From Macrostomum lignano (Eukaryota): a DNA stretch of 64,000 bases. The translations under genes were made by a program, and so were the position numbers. This document shows, one piece after another, positions 12,986 to 27,900 of this stretch; the stretch's first letter is position 1; each line of letters starts with the position of its first letter. The stretch is taken from assembly GCA_002269645.1 (NCBI GenBank), contig NIVC01001392.1:1-64000 (forward strand). Reading direction: 5' to 3'. Under the pieces are notes generated by a model, which worked only from the letters and a program-made list of their open reading frames with translations, made no database searches and was not told the origin of the DNA.

Positions 12986-15900
12986 ATCTCTTGCAAATGG
13001 TCTTTGTTTGCATTGATTCTCTTGCAAATGGTCCTTGTTCTGCATTGATTCTCTTGCAAATGGTCCTTGTTCTGCATTGATTCTCTTGCAAATGGTCCTT
13101 GTTCTGCATTGATTCTCTTGCAAATGGTCCTTGTTCTGCATTGATTCTCTTGCAAATGGTCCTTGTTCTGCATTGATTCTCTTGCAAATGGTCCTTGTTC
13201 TGCATTGATTCTCTTGCAAATGGTCCTTGTTCTGCATTGATTCTCTTGCAAATGGTCCTTGTTCTGCATTGATTCTCTTGCAAATGGTCCTTGTTCTGCA
13301 TTGATTCTCTTGCAAATGGTCCTTGTTCTGCATTGATTCTCTTGCAAATGGTCCTTGTTCTGCATTGATTCTCTTGCAAATGGTCCTTGTTCTGCATTGA
13401 TTCTCTTGCAAATGGTCCTTGTTCTGCATTGATTCTCTTGCAAATGGTCCTTGTTCTGCATTGATTCTCTTGCAAATGGTCCTTGTTCTGCATTGATTCT
13501 CTTGCAAATGGTCCTTGTTCTGCATTGATTCTCTTGCAAATGGTCTTGTTCTGCATTGATTCTCTTGCAAATGGTCTTGTTCTGCATTGATTCTCTTGCA
13601 AATGGTCTTTGTTCTGCATTGATTCTCTTGCAAATGGTCTTGTTCTGCATTGATTCTCTTGCAAATGGTCTTTGTTCTGCATTGATTCTCTTGCAAATGG
13701 TCTTGTTCTGCATTGATTCTCTTGCAAATGGTCCTTGTTCTGCATTGATTCTCTTGCAAATGGTCTTTGTTCTGCATTGATTCTCTTGCAAATGGTCTTT
13801 GTTCTGCATTGATTCTCTTGCAAATGGTCTTTGTTCTGCATTGATTCTCTTGCAAATGGTCTTGTTCTGCATTGATTCTCTTGCAAATGGTCTTTGTTCT
13901 GCATTGATTCTCTTGCAAATGGTCTTTGTTCTGCATTGATTCTCTTGCAAATGGTCCTTGTTCTGCATTGATTCTCTTGCAAATGGTCCTTGTTCTGCAT
14001 TGATTCTCTTGCAAATGGTCCTTGTTCTGCATTGATTCTCTTGCAAATGGTCCTTGTTCTGCATTGATTCTCTTGCAAATGGTCTTGTTCTGCATTGATT
14101 CTCTTGCAAATGGTCCTTGTTCTGCATTGATTCTCTTGCAAATGGTCCTTGTTCTGCATTGATTCTCTTGCAAATGGTCCTTTGTTCTGCATTGATTCTC
14201 TTGCAAATGGTCCTTGTTCTGCATTGATTCTCTTGCAAATGGTCTTTGTTCTGCATTGATTCTCTTGCAAATGGTCTTGTTCTGCATTGATTCTCTTGCA
14301 AATGGTCTTTGTTCTGCATTGATTCTCTTGCAAATGGTCTTTGTTCTGCATTGATTCTCTTGCAAATGGTCTTTGTTCTGCATTGATTCTCTTGCAAATG
14401 GTCTTTGTTCTGCATTGATTCTCTTGCAAATGGTCTTTGTTCTGCATTGATTCTCTTGCAAATGGTCCTTGTTCTGCATTGATTCTCTTGCAAATGGTCC
14501 TTGTTCTGCATTGATTCTCTTGCAAATGGTCCTTGTTCTGCATTGATTCTCTTGCAAATGGTCCTTGTTCTGCATTGATTCTCTTGCAAATGGTCTTGTT
14601 CTGCATTGATTCTCTTGCAAATGGTCTTGTTCTGCATTGATTCTCTTGCAAATGGTCCTTGTTCTGCATTGATTCTCTTGCAAATGGTCCTTGTTCTGCA
14701 TTGATTCTCTTGCAAATGGTCTTGTTCTGCATTGATTCTCTTGCAAATGGTCCTTGTTCTGCATTGATTCTCTTGCAAATGGTCCTTGTTCTGCATTGAT
14801 TCTCTTGCAAATGGTCCTTGTTCTGCATTGATTCTCTTGCAAATGGTCTTTGTTCTGCATTGATTCTCTTGCAAATGGTCTTTGTTCTGCATTGATTCTC
14901 TTGCAAATGGTCCTTGTTCTGCATTGATTCTCTTGCAAATGGTCCTTGTTCTGCATTGATTCTCTTGCAAATGGTCCTTGTTCTGCATTGATTCTCTTGC
15001 AAATGGTCCTTGTTCTGCATTGATTCTCTTGCAAATGGTCCTTGTTCTGCATTGATTCTCTTGCAAATGGTCCTTGTTCTGCATTGATTCTCTTGCAAAT
15101 GGTCCTTGTTCTGCATTGATTCTCTTGCAAATGGTCCTTGTTCTGCATTGATTCTCTTGCAAATGGTCCTTGTTCTGCATTGATTCTCTTGCAAATGGTC
15201 TTGTTCTGCATTGATTCTCTTGCAAATGGTCCTTGTTCTGCATTGATTCTCTTGCAAATGGTCCTTGTTCTGCATTGATTCTCTTGCAAATGGTCCTTGT
15301 TCTGCATTGATTCTCTTGCAAATGGTCTTTGTTCTGCATTGATTCTCTTGCAAATGGTCCTTGTTCTGCATTGATTCTCTTGCAAATGGTCCTTGTTCTG
15401 CATTGATTCTCTTGCAAATGGTCCTTGTTCTGCATTGATTCTCTTGCAAATGGTCTTTGTTCTGCATTGATTCTCTTGCAAATGGTCCTTTGTTCTGCAT
15501 TGATTCTCTTGCAAATGGTCCTTGTTCTGCATTGATTCTCTTGCAAATGGTCCTTGTTCTGCATTGATTCTCTTGCAAATGGTCCTTGTTCTGCATTGAT
15601 TCTCTTGCAAATGGTCCTTGTTCTGCATTGATTCTCTTGCAAATGGTCCTTGTTCTGCATTGATTCTCTTGCAAATGGTCCTTGTTCTGCATTGATTCTC
15701 TTGCAAATGGTCTTGTTCTGCATTGATTCTCTTGCAAATGGTCTTTGTTCTGCATTGATTCTCTTGCAAATGGTCCTTGTTCTGCATTGATTCTCTTGCA
15801 AATGGTCCTTGTTCTGCATTGATTCTCTTGCAAATGGTCCTTGTTCTGCATTGATTCTCTTGCAAATGGTCCTTGTTCTGCATTGATTCTCTTGCAAATG

Positions 15901-18900
15901 GTCCTTGTTCTGCATTGATTCTCTTGCAAATGGTCCTTGTTCTGCATTGATTCTCTTGCAAATGGTCTTGTTCTGCATTGATTCTCTTGCAAATGGTCTT
16001 TGTTCTGCATTGATTCTCTTGCAAATGGTCTTGTTCTGCATTGATTCTCTTGCAAATGGTCCTTGTTCTGCATTGATTCTCTTGCAAATGGTCCTTGTTC
16101 TGCATTGATTCTCTTGCAAATGGTCCTTGTTCTGCATTGATTCTCTTGCAAATGGTCTTTGTTCTGCATTGATTCTCTTGCAAATGGTCTTTGTTCTGCA
16201 TTGATTCTCTTGCAAATGGTCTTTGTTCTGCATTGATTCTCTTGCAAATGGTCTTTGTTCTGCATTGATTCTCTTGCAAATGGTCTTTGTTCTGCATTGA
16301 TTCTCTTGCAAATGGTCCTTGTTCTGCATTGATTCTCTTGAAAATGGCCTTTGTTCTGCATTGATTCTCTTGCAAATGGTCCTTGTTCTGCATTGATTCT
16401 CTTGCAAATGGTCCTTGTTCTGCATTGATTCTCTTGCAAATGGTCCTTGTTCTGCATTGATTCTCTTGCAAATGGTCCTTGTTCTGCATTGATTCTCTTG
16501 CAAATGGTCTTTGTTCTGCATTGATTCTCTTGCAAATGGTCTTTGTTCTGCATTGATTCTCTTGCAAATGGTCCTTGTTCTGCATTGATTCTCTTGCAAA
16601 TGGTCTTGTTCTGCATTGATTCTCTTGCAAATGGTCCTTGTTCTGCATTGATTCTCTTGCAAATGGTCTTTGTTCTGCATTGATTCTCTTGCAAATGGTC
16701 CTTGTTCTGCATTGATTCTCTTGCAAATGGTCCTTGTTCTGCATTGATTCTCTTGCAAATGGTCTTGTTCTGCATTGATTCTCTTGCAAATGGTCTTGTT
16801 CTGCATTGATTCTCTTGCAAATGGTCTTGTTCTGCATTGATTCTCTTGCAAATGGTCCTTGTTCTGCATTGATTCTCTTGCAAATGGTCCTTGTTCTGCA
16901 TTGATTCTCTTGCAAATGGTCTTGTTCTGCATTGATTCTCTTGCAAATGGTCTTGTTCTGCATTGATTCTCTTGCAAATGGTCCTTGTTCTGCATTGATT
17001 CTCTTGCAAATGGTCTTGTTCTGCATTGATTCTCTTGCAAATGGTCCTTGTTCTGCATTGATTCTCTTGCAAATGGTCCTTGTTCTGCATTGATTCTCTT
17101 GCAAATGGTCCTTGTTCTGCATTGATTCTCTTGCAAATGGTCCTTGTTCTGCATTGATTCTCTTGCAAATGGTCCTTGTTCTGCATTGATTCTCTTGCAA
17201 ATGGTCCTTGTTCTGCATTGATTCTCTTGCAAATGGTCCTTGTTCTGCATTGATTCTCTTGCAAATGGTCTTGTTCTGCATTGATTCTCTTGCAAATGGT
17301 CCTTGTTCTGCATTGATTCTCTTGCAAATGGTCCTTGTTCTGCATTGATTCTCTTGCAAATGGTCTTTGTTCTGCATTGATTCTCTTGCAAATGGTCCTT
17401 GTTCTGCATTGATTCTCTTGCAAATGGTCCTTGTTCTGCATTGATTCTCTTGCAAATGGTCCTTGTTCTGCATTGATTCTCTTGCAAATGGTCCTTGTTC
17501 TGCATTGATTCTCTTGCAAATGGTCCTTGTTCTGCATTGATTCTCTTGCAAATGGTCCTTGTTCTGCATTGATTCTCTTGCAAATGGTCCTTGTTCTGCA
17601 TTGATTCTCTTGCAAATGGTCTTGTTCTGCATTGATTCTCTTGCAAATGGTCCTTGTTCTGCATTGATTCTCTTGCAAATGGTCCTTGTTCTGCATTGAT
17701 TCTCTTGCAAATGGTCCTTGTTCTGCATTGATTCTCTTGCAAATGGTCCTTGTTCTGCATTGATTCTCTTGCAAATGGTCCTTGTTCTGCATTGATTCTC
17801 TTGCAAATGGTCCTTGTTCTGCATTGATTCTCTTGCAAATGGTCCTTGTTCTGCATTGATTCTCTTGCAAATGGTCCTTGTTCTGCATTGATTCTCTTGC
17901 AAATGGTCCTTGTTCTGCATTGATTCTCTTGCAAATGGTCTTGTTCTGCATTGATTCTCTTGCAAATGGTCCTTGTTCTGCATTGATTCTCTTGCAAATG
18001 GTCCTTGTTCTGCATTGATTCTCTTGCAAATGGTCTTGTTCTGCATTGATTCTCTTGCAAATGGTCCTTGTTCTGCATTGATTCTCTTGCAAATGGTCTT
18101 GTTCTGCATTGATTCTCTTGCAAATGGTCTTGTTCTGCATTGATTCTCTTGCAAATGGTCCTTGTTCTGCATTGATTCTCTTGCAAATGGTCTTTGTTCT
18201 GCATTGATTCTCTTGCAAATGGTCCTTGTTCTGCATTGATTCTCTTGCAAATGGTCTTTGTTCTGCATTGATTCTCTTGCAAATGGTTTGTTCTGCATTG
18301 ATTCTCTTGCAAATGGTCTTGTTCTGCATTGATTCTCTTGCAAATGGTCCTTGTTCTGCATTGATTCTCTTGCAAATGGTTTGTTCTGCATTGATTCTCT
18401 TGCAAATGGTCCTTGTTCTGCATTGATTCTCTTGCAAATGGTCCTTGTTCTGCATTGATTCTCTTGCAAATGGTCCTTGTTCTGCATTGATTCTCTTGCA
18501 AATGGTCTTGTTCTGCATTGATTCTCTTGCAAATGGTCTTTGTTCTGCATTGATTCTCTTGCAAATGGTCCTTGTTCTGCATTGATTCTCTTGCAAATGG
18601 TCCTTGTTCTGCATTGATTCTCTTGCAAATGGTCCTTTGTTCTGCATTGATTCTCTTGCAAATGGTCCTTGTTCTGCATTGATTCTCTTGCAAATGGTCT
18701 TTGTTCTGCATTGATTCTCTTGCAAATGGTCTTGTTCTGCATTGATTCTCTTGCAAATGGTCTTTGTTCTGCATTGATTCTCTTGCAAATGGTCTTTGTT
18801 CTGCATTGATTCTCTTGCAAATGGTCTTGTTCTGCATTGATTCTCTTGCAAATGGTCCTTGTTCTGCATTGATTCTCTTGCAAATGGTCTTTGTTCTGCA

Positions 18901-21900
18901 TTGATTCTCTTGCAAATGGTCCTTGTTCTGCATTGATTCTCTTGCAAATGGTCCTTGTTCTGCATTGATTCTCTTGCAAATGGTCCTTGTTCTGCATTGA
19001 TTCTCTTGCAAATGGTCCTTGTTCTGCATTGATTCTCTTGCAAATGGTCTTTGTTCTGCATTGATTCTCTTGCAAATGGTCTTGTTCTGCATTGATTCTC
19101 TTGCAAATGGTCCTTGTTCTGCATTGATTCTCTTGCAAATGGTCTTGTTCTGCATTGATTCTCTTGCAAATGGTCCTTGTTCTGCATTGATTCTCTTGCA
19201 AATGGTCTTTGTTCTGCATTGATTCTCTTGCAAATGGTCCTTGTTCTGCATTGATTCTCTTGCAAATGGTCCTTGTTCTGCATTGATTCTCTTGCAAATG
19301 GTCTTGTTCTGCATTGATTCTCTTGCAAATGGTCCTTGTTCTGCATTGATTCTCTTGCAAATGGTCCTTGTTCTGCATTGATTCTCTTGCAAATGGTCCT
19401 TGTTCTGCATTGATTCTCTTGCAAATGGTCCTTGTTCTGCATTGATTCTCTTGCAAATGGTCCTTGTTCTGCATTGATTCTCTTGCAAATGGTCCTTGTT
19501 CTGCATTGATTCTCTTGCAAATGGTCCTTGTTCTGCATTGATTCTCTTGCAAATGGTCCTTGTTCTGCATTGATTCTCTTGCAAATGGTCCTTGTTCTGC
19601 ATTGATTCTCTTGCAAATGGTCCTTGTTCTGCATTGATTCTCTTGCAAATGGTCCTTGTTCTGCATTGATTCTCTTGCAAATGGTCCTTGTTCTGCATTG
19701 ATTCTCTTGCAAATGGTCCTTGTTCTGCATTGATTCTCTTGCAAATGGTCCTTGTTCTGCATTGATTCTCTTGCAAATGGTCTTGTTCTGCATTGATTCT
19801 CTTGCAAATGGTTTGTTCTGCATTGATTCTCTTGCAAATGGTCCTTGTTCTGCATTGATTCTCTTGCAAATGGTCCTTGTTCTGCATTGATTCTCTTGCA
19901 AATGGTCCTTGTTCTGCATTGATTCTCTTGCAAATGGTCCTTGTTCTGCATTGATTCTCTTGCAAATGGTTTGTTCTGCATTGATTCTCTTGCAAATGGT
20001 CCTTGTTCTGCATTGATTCTCTTGCAAATGGTCTTTGTTCTGCATTGATTCTCTTGCAAATGGTCTTGTTCTGCATTGATTCTCTTGCAAATGGTCCTTG
20101 TTCTGCATTGATTCTCTTGCAAATGGTCTTTGTTCTGCATTGATTCTCTTGCAAATGGTCCTTGTTCTGCATTGATTCTCTTGCAAATGGTCTTGTTCTG
20201 CATTGATTCTCTTGCAAATGGTCTTGTTCTGCATTGATTCTCTTGCAAATGGTCTTGTTCTGCATTGATTCTCTTGCAAATGGTCCTTGTTCTGCATTGA
20301 TTCTCTTGCAAATGGTCCTTTGTTCTGCATTGATTCTCTTGCAAATGGTCCTTGTTCTGCATTGATTCTCTTGCAAATGGTCCTTGTTCTGCATTGATTC
20401 TCTTGCAAATGGTCCTTGTTCTGCATTGATTCTCTTGCAAATGGTCTTGTTCTGCATTGATTCTCTTGCAAATGGTCTTTGTTCTGCATTGATTCTCTTG
20501 CAAATGGTCCTTGTTCTGCATTGATTCTCTTGCAAATGGTCCTTGTTCTGCATTGATTCTCTTGCAAATGGTCTTTGTTCTGCATTGATTCTCTTGCAAA
20601 TGGTCCTTGTTCTGCATTGATTCTCTTGCAAATGGTCTTTGTTCTGCATTGATTCTCTTGCAAATGGTCTTGTTCTGCATTGATTCTCTTGCAAATGGTC
20701 TTTGTTCTGCATTGATTCTCTTGCAAATGGTCTTTGTTCTGCATTGATTCTCTTGCAAATGGTCTTGTTCTGCATTGATTCTCTTGCAAATGGTCCTTGT
20801 TCTGCATTGATTCTCTTGCAAATGGTCCTTTGTTCTGCATTGATTCTCTTGCAAATGGTCCTTGTTCTGCATTGATTCTCTTGCAAATGGTCCTTGTTCT
20901 GCATTGATTCTCTTGCAAATGGTCCTTGTTCTGCATTGATTCTCTTGCAAATGGTCTTGTTCTGCATTGATTCTCTTGCAAATGGTCTTTGTTCTGCATT
21001 GATTCTCTTGCAAATGGTCTTTGTTCTGCATTGATTCTCTTGCAAATGGTCCTTGTTCTGCATTGATTCTCTTGCAAATGGTCTTGTTCTGCATTGATTC
21101 TCTTGCAAATGGTCCTTGTTCTGCATTGATTCTCTTGCAAATGGTCTTTGTTCTGCATTGATTCTCTTGCAAATGGTCCTTGTTCTGCATTGATTCTCTT
21201 GCAAATGGTCCTTGTTCTGCATTGATTCTCTTGCAAATGGTCTTGTTCTGCATTGATTCTCTTGCAAATGGTCTTGTTCTGCATTGATTCTCTTGCAAAT
21301 GGTCTTTGTTCTGCATTGATTCTCTTGCAAATGGTCCTTGTTCTGCATTGATTCTCTTGCAAATGGTCCTTGTTCTGCATTGATTCTCTTGCAAATGGTC
21401 CTTGTTCTGCATTGATTCTCTTGCAAATGGTCCTTGTTCTGCATTGATTCTCTTGCAAATGGTCCTTGTTCTGCATTGATTCTCTTGCAAATGGTCTTTG
21501 TTCTGCATTGATTCTCTTGCAAATGGTCCTTGTTCTGCATTGATTCTCTTGCAAATGGTCCTTGTTCTGCATTGATTCTCTTGCAAATGGTCTTGTTCTG
21601 CATTGATTCTCTTGCAAATGGTCTTGTTCTGCATTGATTCTCTTGCAAATGGTCCTTGTTCTGCATTGATTCTCTTGCAAATGGTCCTTGTTCTGCATTG
21701 ATTCTCTTGCAAATGGTCCTTGTTCTGCATTGATTCTCTTGCAAATGGTCTTTGTTCTGCATTGATTCTCTTGCAAATGGTCCTTGTTCTGCATTGATTC
21801 TCTTGCAAATGGTCCTTGTTCTGCATTGATTCTCTTGCAAATGGTCTTGTTCTGCATTGATTCTCTTGCAAATGGTCCTTGTTCTGCATTGATTCTCTTG

Positions 21901-24900
21901 CAAATGGTCCTTGTTCTGCATTGATTCTCTTGCAAATGGTCCTTGTTCTGCATTGATTCTCTTGCAAATGGTCCTTGTTCTGCATTGATTCTCTTGCAAA
22001 TGGTCCTTGTTCTGCATTGATTCTCTTGCAAATGGTCCTTGTTCTGCATTGATTCTCTTGCAAATGGTCCTTGTTCTGCATTGATTCTCTTGCAAATGGT
22101 CTTGTTCTGCATTGATTCTCTTGCAAATGGTCCTTGTTCTGCATTGATTCTCTTGCAAATGGTCCTTTGTTCTGCATTGATTCTCTTGCAAATGGTCCTT
22201 GTTCTGCATTGATTCTCTTGCAAATGGTCCTTGTTCTGCATTGATTCTCTTGCAAATGGTCCTTGTTCTGCATTGATTCTCTTGCAAATGGTCCTTGTTC
22301 TGCATTGATTCTCTTGCAAATGGTCCTTGTTCTGCATTGATTCTCTTGCAAATGGTCCTTGTTCTGCATTGATTCTCTTGCAAATGGTCCTTGTTCTGCA
22401 TTGATTCTCTTGCAAATGGTCCTTGTTCTGCATTGATTCTCTTGCAAATGGTCCTTGTTCTGCATTGATTCTCTTGCAAATGGTCCTTGTTCTGCATTGA
22501 TTCTCTTGCAAATGGTCCTTTGTTCTGCATTGATTCTCTTGCAAATGGTCCTTGTTCTGCATTGATTCTCTTGCAAATGGTCTTGTTCTGCATTGATTCT
22601 CTTGCAAATGGTCCTTGTTCTGCATTGATTCTCTTGCAAATGGTCCTTGTTCTGCATTGATTCTCTTGCAAATGGTCCTTGTTCTGCATTGATTCTCTTG
22701 CAAATGGTCCTTGTTCTGCATTGATTCTCTTGCAAATGGTCCTTGTTCTGCATTGATTCTCTTGCAAATGGTCTTTGTTCTGCATTGATTCTCTTGCAAA
22801 TGGTCCTTGTTCTGCATTGATTCTCTTGCAAATGGTCCTTGTTCTGCATTGATTCTCTTGCAAATGGTCCTTGTTCTGCATTGATTCTCTTGCAAATGGT
22901 CCTTGTTCTGCATTGATTCTCTTGCAAATGGTCTTTGTTCTGCATTGATTCTCTTGCAAATGGTCCTTGTTCTGCATTGATTCTCTTGCAAATGGTCCTT
23001 GTTCTGCATTGATTCTCTTGCAAATGGTCTTGTTCTGCATTGATTCTCTTGCAAATGGTCTTGTTCTGCATTGATTCTCTTGCAAATGGTCTTGTTCTGC
23101 ATTGATTCTCTTGCAAATGGTCCTTGTTCTGCATTGATTCTCTTGCAAATGGTCCTTGTTCTGCATTGATTCTCTTGCAAATGGTCCTTGTTCTGCATTG
23201 ATTCTCTTGCAAATGGTCCTTGTTCTGCATTGATTCTCTTGCAAATGGTCCTTGTTCTGCATTGATTCTCTTGCAAATGGTCTTTGTTCTGCATTGATTC
23301 TCTTGCAAATGGTCCTTGTTCTGCATTGATTCTCTTGCAAATGGTCCTTGTTCTGCATTGATTCTCTTGCAAATGGTCCTTGTTCTGCATTGATTCTCTT
23401 GCAAATGGTCTTGTTCTGCATTGATTCTCTTGCAAATGGTCCTTGTTCTGCATTGATTCTCTTGCAAATGGTCCTTGTTCTGCATTGATTCTCTTGCAAA
23501 TGGTCCTTGTTCTGCATTGATTCTCTTGCAAATGGTCTTTGTTCTGCATTGATTCTCTTGCAAATGGGTGTTGTTCTGCATTGATTCTCTTGCAAATGGT
23601 CCTTGTTCTGCATTGATTCTCTTGCAAATGGTCCTTTGTTCTGCATTGATTCTCTTGCAAATGGTCCTTGTTCTGCATTGATTCTCTTGCAAATGGTCCT
23701 TTGTTCTGCATTGATTCTCTTGCAAATGGCCTTTGTTCTGCATTGATTCTCTTGCAAATGGTCCTTGTTCTGCATTGATTCTCTTGCAAATGGTCTTTGT
23801 TCTGCATTGATTCTCTTGCAAATGGTCCTTGTTCTGCATTGATTCTCTTGCAAATGGTCCTTGTTCTGCATTGATTCTCTTGCAAATGGTCCTTGTTCTG
23901 CATTGATTCTCTTGCAAATGGTCCTTGTTCTGCATTGATTCTCTTGCAAATGGTCCTTGTTCTGCATTGATTCTCTTGAAAATGGCCTTTGTTCTGCATT
24001 GATTCTCTTGCAAATGGTCCTTGTTCTGCATTGATTCTCTTGCAAATGGTCCTTGTTCTGCATTGATTCTCTTGCAAATGGTCCTTGTTCTGCATTGATT
24101 CTCTTGCAAATGGTCCTTGTTCTGCATTGATTCTCTTGCAAATGGCCTTTGTTCTGCATTGATTCTCTTGCAAATGGTCCTTGTTCTGCATTGATTCTCT
24201 TGCAAATGGTCCTTGTTCTGCATTGATTCTCTTGCAAATGGCCTTGTTCTGCATTGATTCTCTTGCAAATGGTCCTTGTTCTGCATTGATTCTCTTGCAA
24301 ATGGTCCTTGTTCTGCATTGATTCTCTTGCAAATGGTCCTTGTTCTGCATTGATTCTCTTGCAAATGGTCTTTGTTCTGCATTGATTCTCTTGCAAATGG
24401 TCTTTGTTCTGCATTGATTCTCTTGCAAATGGTCCTTGTTCTGCATTGATTCTCTTGCAAATGGTCCTTGTTCTGCATTGATTCTCTTGCAAATGGTCCT
24501 TGTTCTGCATTGATTCTCTTGCAAATGGTCCTTGTTCTGCATTGATTCTCTTGCAAATGGTCTTTGTTCTGCATTGATTCTCTTGCAAATGGTCTTGTTC
24601 TGCATTGATTCTCTTGCAAATGGTCCTTGTTCTGCATTGATTCTCTTGCAAATGGTCCTTGTTCTGCATTGATTCTCTTGCAAATGGTCCTTGTTCTGCA
24701 TTGATTCTCTTGCAAATGGTCCTTGTTCTGCATTGATTCTCTTGCAAATGGTCCTTGTTCTGCATTGATTCTCTTGCAAATGGTCCTTGTTCTGCATTGA
24801 TTCTCTTGCAAATGGTCTTTGTTCTGCATTGATTCTCTTGCAAATGGTCCTTGTTCTGCATTGATTCTCTTGCAAATGGTCCTTGTTCTGCATTGATTCT

Positions 24901-27900
24901 CTTGCAAATGGTCTTTGTTCTGCATTGATTCTCTTGCAAATGGTCCTTGTTCTGCATTGATTCTCTTGCAAATGGTCCTTGTTCTGCATTGATTCTCTTG
25001 CAAATGGTCCTTGTTCTGCATTGATTCTCTTGCAAATGGTCCTTGTTCTGCATTGATTCTCTTGCAAATGGTCCTTGTTCTGCATTGATTCTCTTGCAAA
25101 TGGTCCTTGTTCTGCATTGATTCTCTTGCAAATGGTCCTTGTTCTGCATTGATTCTCTTGCAAATGGTCTTTGTTCTGCATTGATTCTCTTGCAAATGGT
25201 CCTTGTTCTGCATTGATTCTCTTGCAAATGGTCCTTGTTCTGCATTGATTCTCTTGCAAATGGTCCTTGTTCTGCATTGATTCTCTTGCAAATGGTCTTT
25301 GTTCTGCATTGATTCTCTTGCAAATGGTCCTTGTTCTGCATTGATTCTCTTGCAAATGGTCCTTGTTCTGCATTGATTCTCTTGCAAATGGTCCTTGTTC
25401 TGCATTGATTCTCTTGCAAATGGTCTTTGTTCTGCATTGATTCTCTTGCTAATGGACTTTGTTGTGCTGCTTGTGCATTGATTCTCTTGCAAATGGTCCT
25501 TGTTCTGCATTGATTCTCTTGAAAATGGCCTTTGTTCTGCATTGATTCTCTTGAAAATGGCCCTTGTTCTGCATTGATTCTCTTGAAAATGGCCTTTGTT
25601 CTGCATTGATTCTCTTGCAAATGGTCCTTGTTCTGCATTGATTCTCTTGCAAATGGTCTTTGTTCTGCATTGATTCTCTTGCAAATGGTCCTTGTTCTGC
25701 ATTGATTCTCTTGAAAATGGCCTTGTTCTGCATTGATTCTCTTGAAAATGGCCCTTGTTCTGCATTGATTCTCTTGAAAATGGCCCTTGTTCTGCATTGA
25801 TTCTCTTGAAAATGGCCCTTGTTCTGCATTGATTCTCTTGAAAATGGTCCTTGTTCTGCATTGATTCTCTTGCAAATGGTCCTTGTTCTGCATTGTCTCT
25901 GCAAATGGTCCTTGTTCTGCATTGATTCTCTTGAAAATGGCCCTTGTTCTGCATTGATTCTCTTGCAAATGGCCCTTGTTCTGCATTGATTCTCTTGAAA
26001 ATGGCCTTTGTTCTGCATTGATTCTCTTGCAAATGGTCCTTGTTCTGCATTGTCTACTGCAAATGGTCCTTGTTCTGCATTGATTCTCTTGAAAATGGCC
26101 TTTGTTCTGCATTGATTCTCTTGCAAATGGTCCTTGTTCTGCATTGTCTACTGCAAATGGTCCTTGTTCTGCATTGATTCTCTTGAAAATGGCCTTTGTT
26201 CTGCATTGATTCTCTTGCAAATGGTCCTTGTTCTGCATTGATTCTCTTGCAAATGGTCCTTGTTCTGCATTGATTCTCTTGAAAATGGCCTTTGTTCTGC
26301 ATTGATTCTCTTGCAAATGGTCCTTGTTCTGCATTGATTCTCTTGCAAATGGTCTTTGTTCTGCATTGATTCTCTTGCAAATGGTCCTTGTTCTGCATTG
26401 ATTCTCTTGCAAATGGTCTTTGTTCTGCATTGATTCTCTTGCAAATGGTCTTTGTTCTGCATTGATTCTCTTGCAAATGGTCCTTGTTCTGCATTGATTC
26501 TCTTGCAAATGGTCTTTGTTCTGCATTGATTCTCTTGCAAATGTCCTTGTTCTGCATTGATTCTCTTGCAAATGGTCTTTGTTCTGCATTGATTCTCTTG
26601 CAAATGGTCCTTGTTCTGCATTGATTCTCTTGCAAATGGTCCTTGTTCTGCATTGATTCTCTTGCAAATGGTCCTTGTTCTGCATTGATTCTCTTGAAAA
26701 TGGCCCTTGTTCTGCATTGATTCTCTTGCAAATGGCCCTTGTTCTGCATTGATTCTCTTGAAAATGGCCTTTGTTCTGCATTGATTCTCTTGCAAATGGT
26801 CCTTGTTCTGCATTGGTCCTACTGCAAATGGTCCTTGTTCTGCATTGATTCTCTTGAAAATGGCCTTTGTTCTGCATTGATTCTCTTGCAAATGGTCCTT
26901 GTTCTGCATTGGTCCTACTGCAAATGGTCCTTGTTCTGCATTGATTCTCTTGAAAATGGCCTTTGTTCTGCATTGATTCTCTTGCAAATGGTCCTTGTTC
27001 TGCATTGATTCTCTTGCAAATGGTCCTTGTTCTGCATTGATTCTCTTGAAAATGGCCTTTGTTCTGCATTGATTCTCTTGCAAATGGTCCTTGTTCTGCA
27101 TTGATTCTCTTGCAAATGGTCTTTGTTCTGCATTGATTCTCTTGCAAATGGTCCTTGTTCTGCATTGATTCTCTTGCAAATGGTCTTTGTTCTGCATTGA
27201 TTCTCTTGCAAATGGTCTTTGTTCTGCATTGATTCTCTTGCAAATGGTCCTTGTTCTGCATTGATTCTCTTGCAAATGGTCTTTGTTCTGCATTGATTCT
27301 CTTGCAAATTGTCCTTGTTCTGCATTGATTCTCTTGCAAATGGTCTTTGTTCTGCATTGATTCTCTTGCAAATGGTCCTTGTTCTGCATTGATTCTCTTG
27401 CAAATGGTCCTTGTTCTGCATTGATTCTCTTGCAAATGGTCCTTGTTCTGCATTGATTCTCTTGCAAATGGTCCTTGTTCTGCATTGATTCTCTTGCAAA
27501 TGGTCTTTGTTCTGCATTGATTCTCTTGCAAATGGTCTTTGTTCTGCATTGATTCTCTTGCAAATGGTCCTTGTTCTGCATTGATTCTCTTGCAAATGGT
27601 CCTTGTTCTGCATTGATTCTCTTGCAAATGGTCCTTGTTCTGCATTGATTCTCTTGCAAATGGTCCTTGTTCTGCATTGATTCTCTTGCAAATGGTCCTT
27701 GTTCTGCATTGATTCTCTTGCAAATGGTCCTTGTTCTGCATTGATTCTCTTGCAAATGGTCTTTGTTCTGCATTGATTCTCTTGCAAATGGTCCTTGTTC
27801 TGCATTGATTCTCTTGCAAATGGTCCTTGTTCTGCATTGATTCTCTTGCAAATGGTCTTTGTTCTGCATTGATTCTCTTGCAAATGGTCCTTGTTCTGCA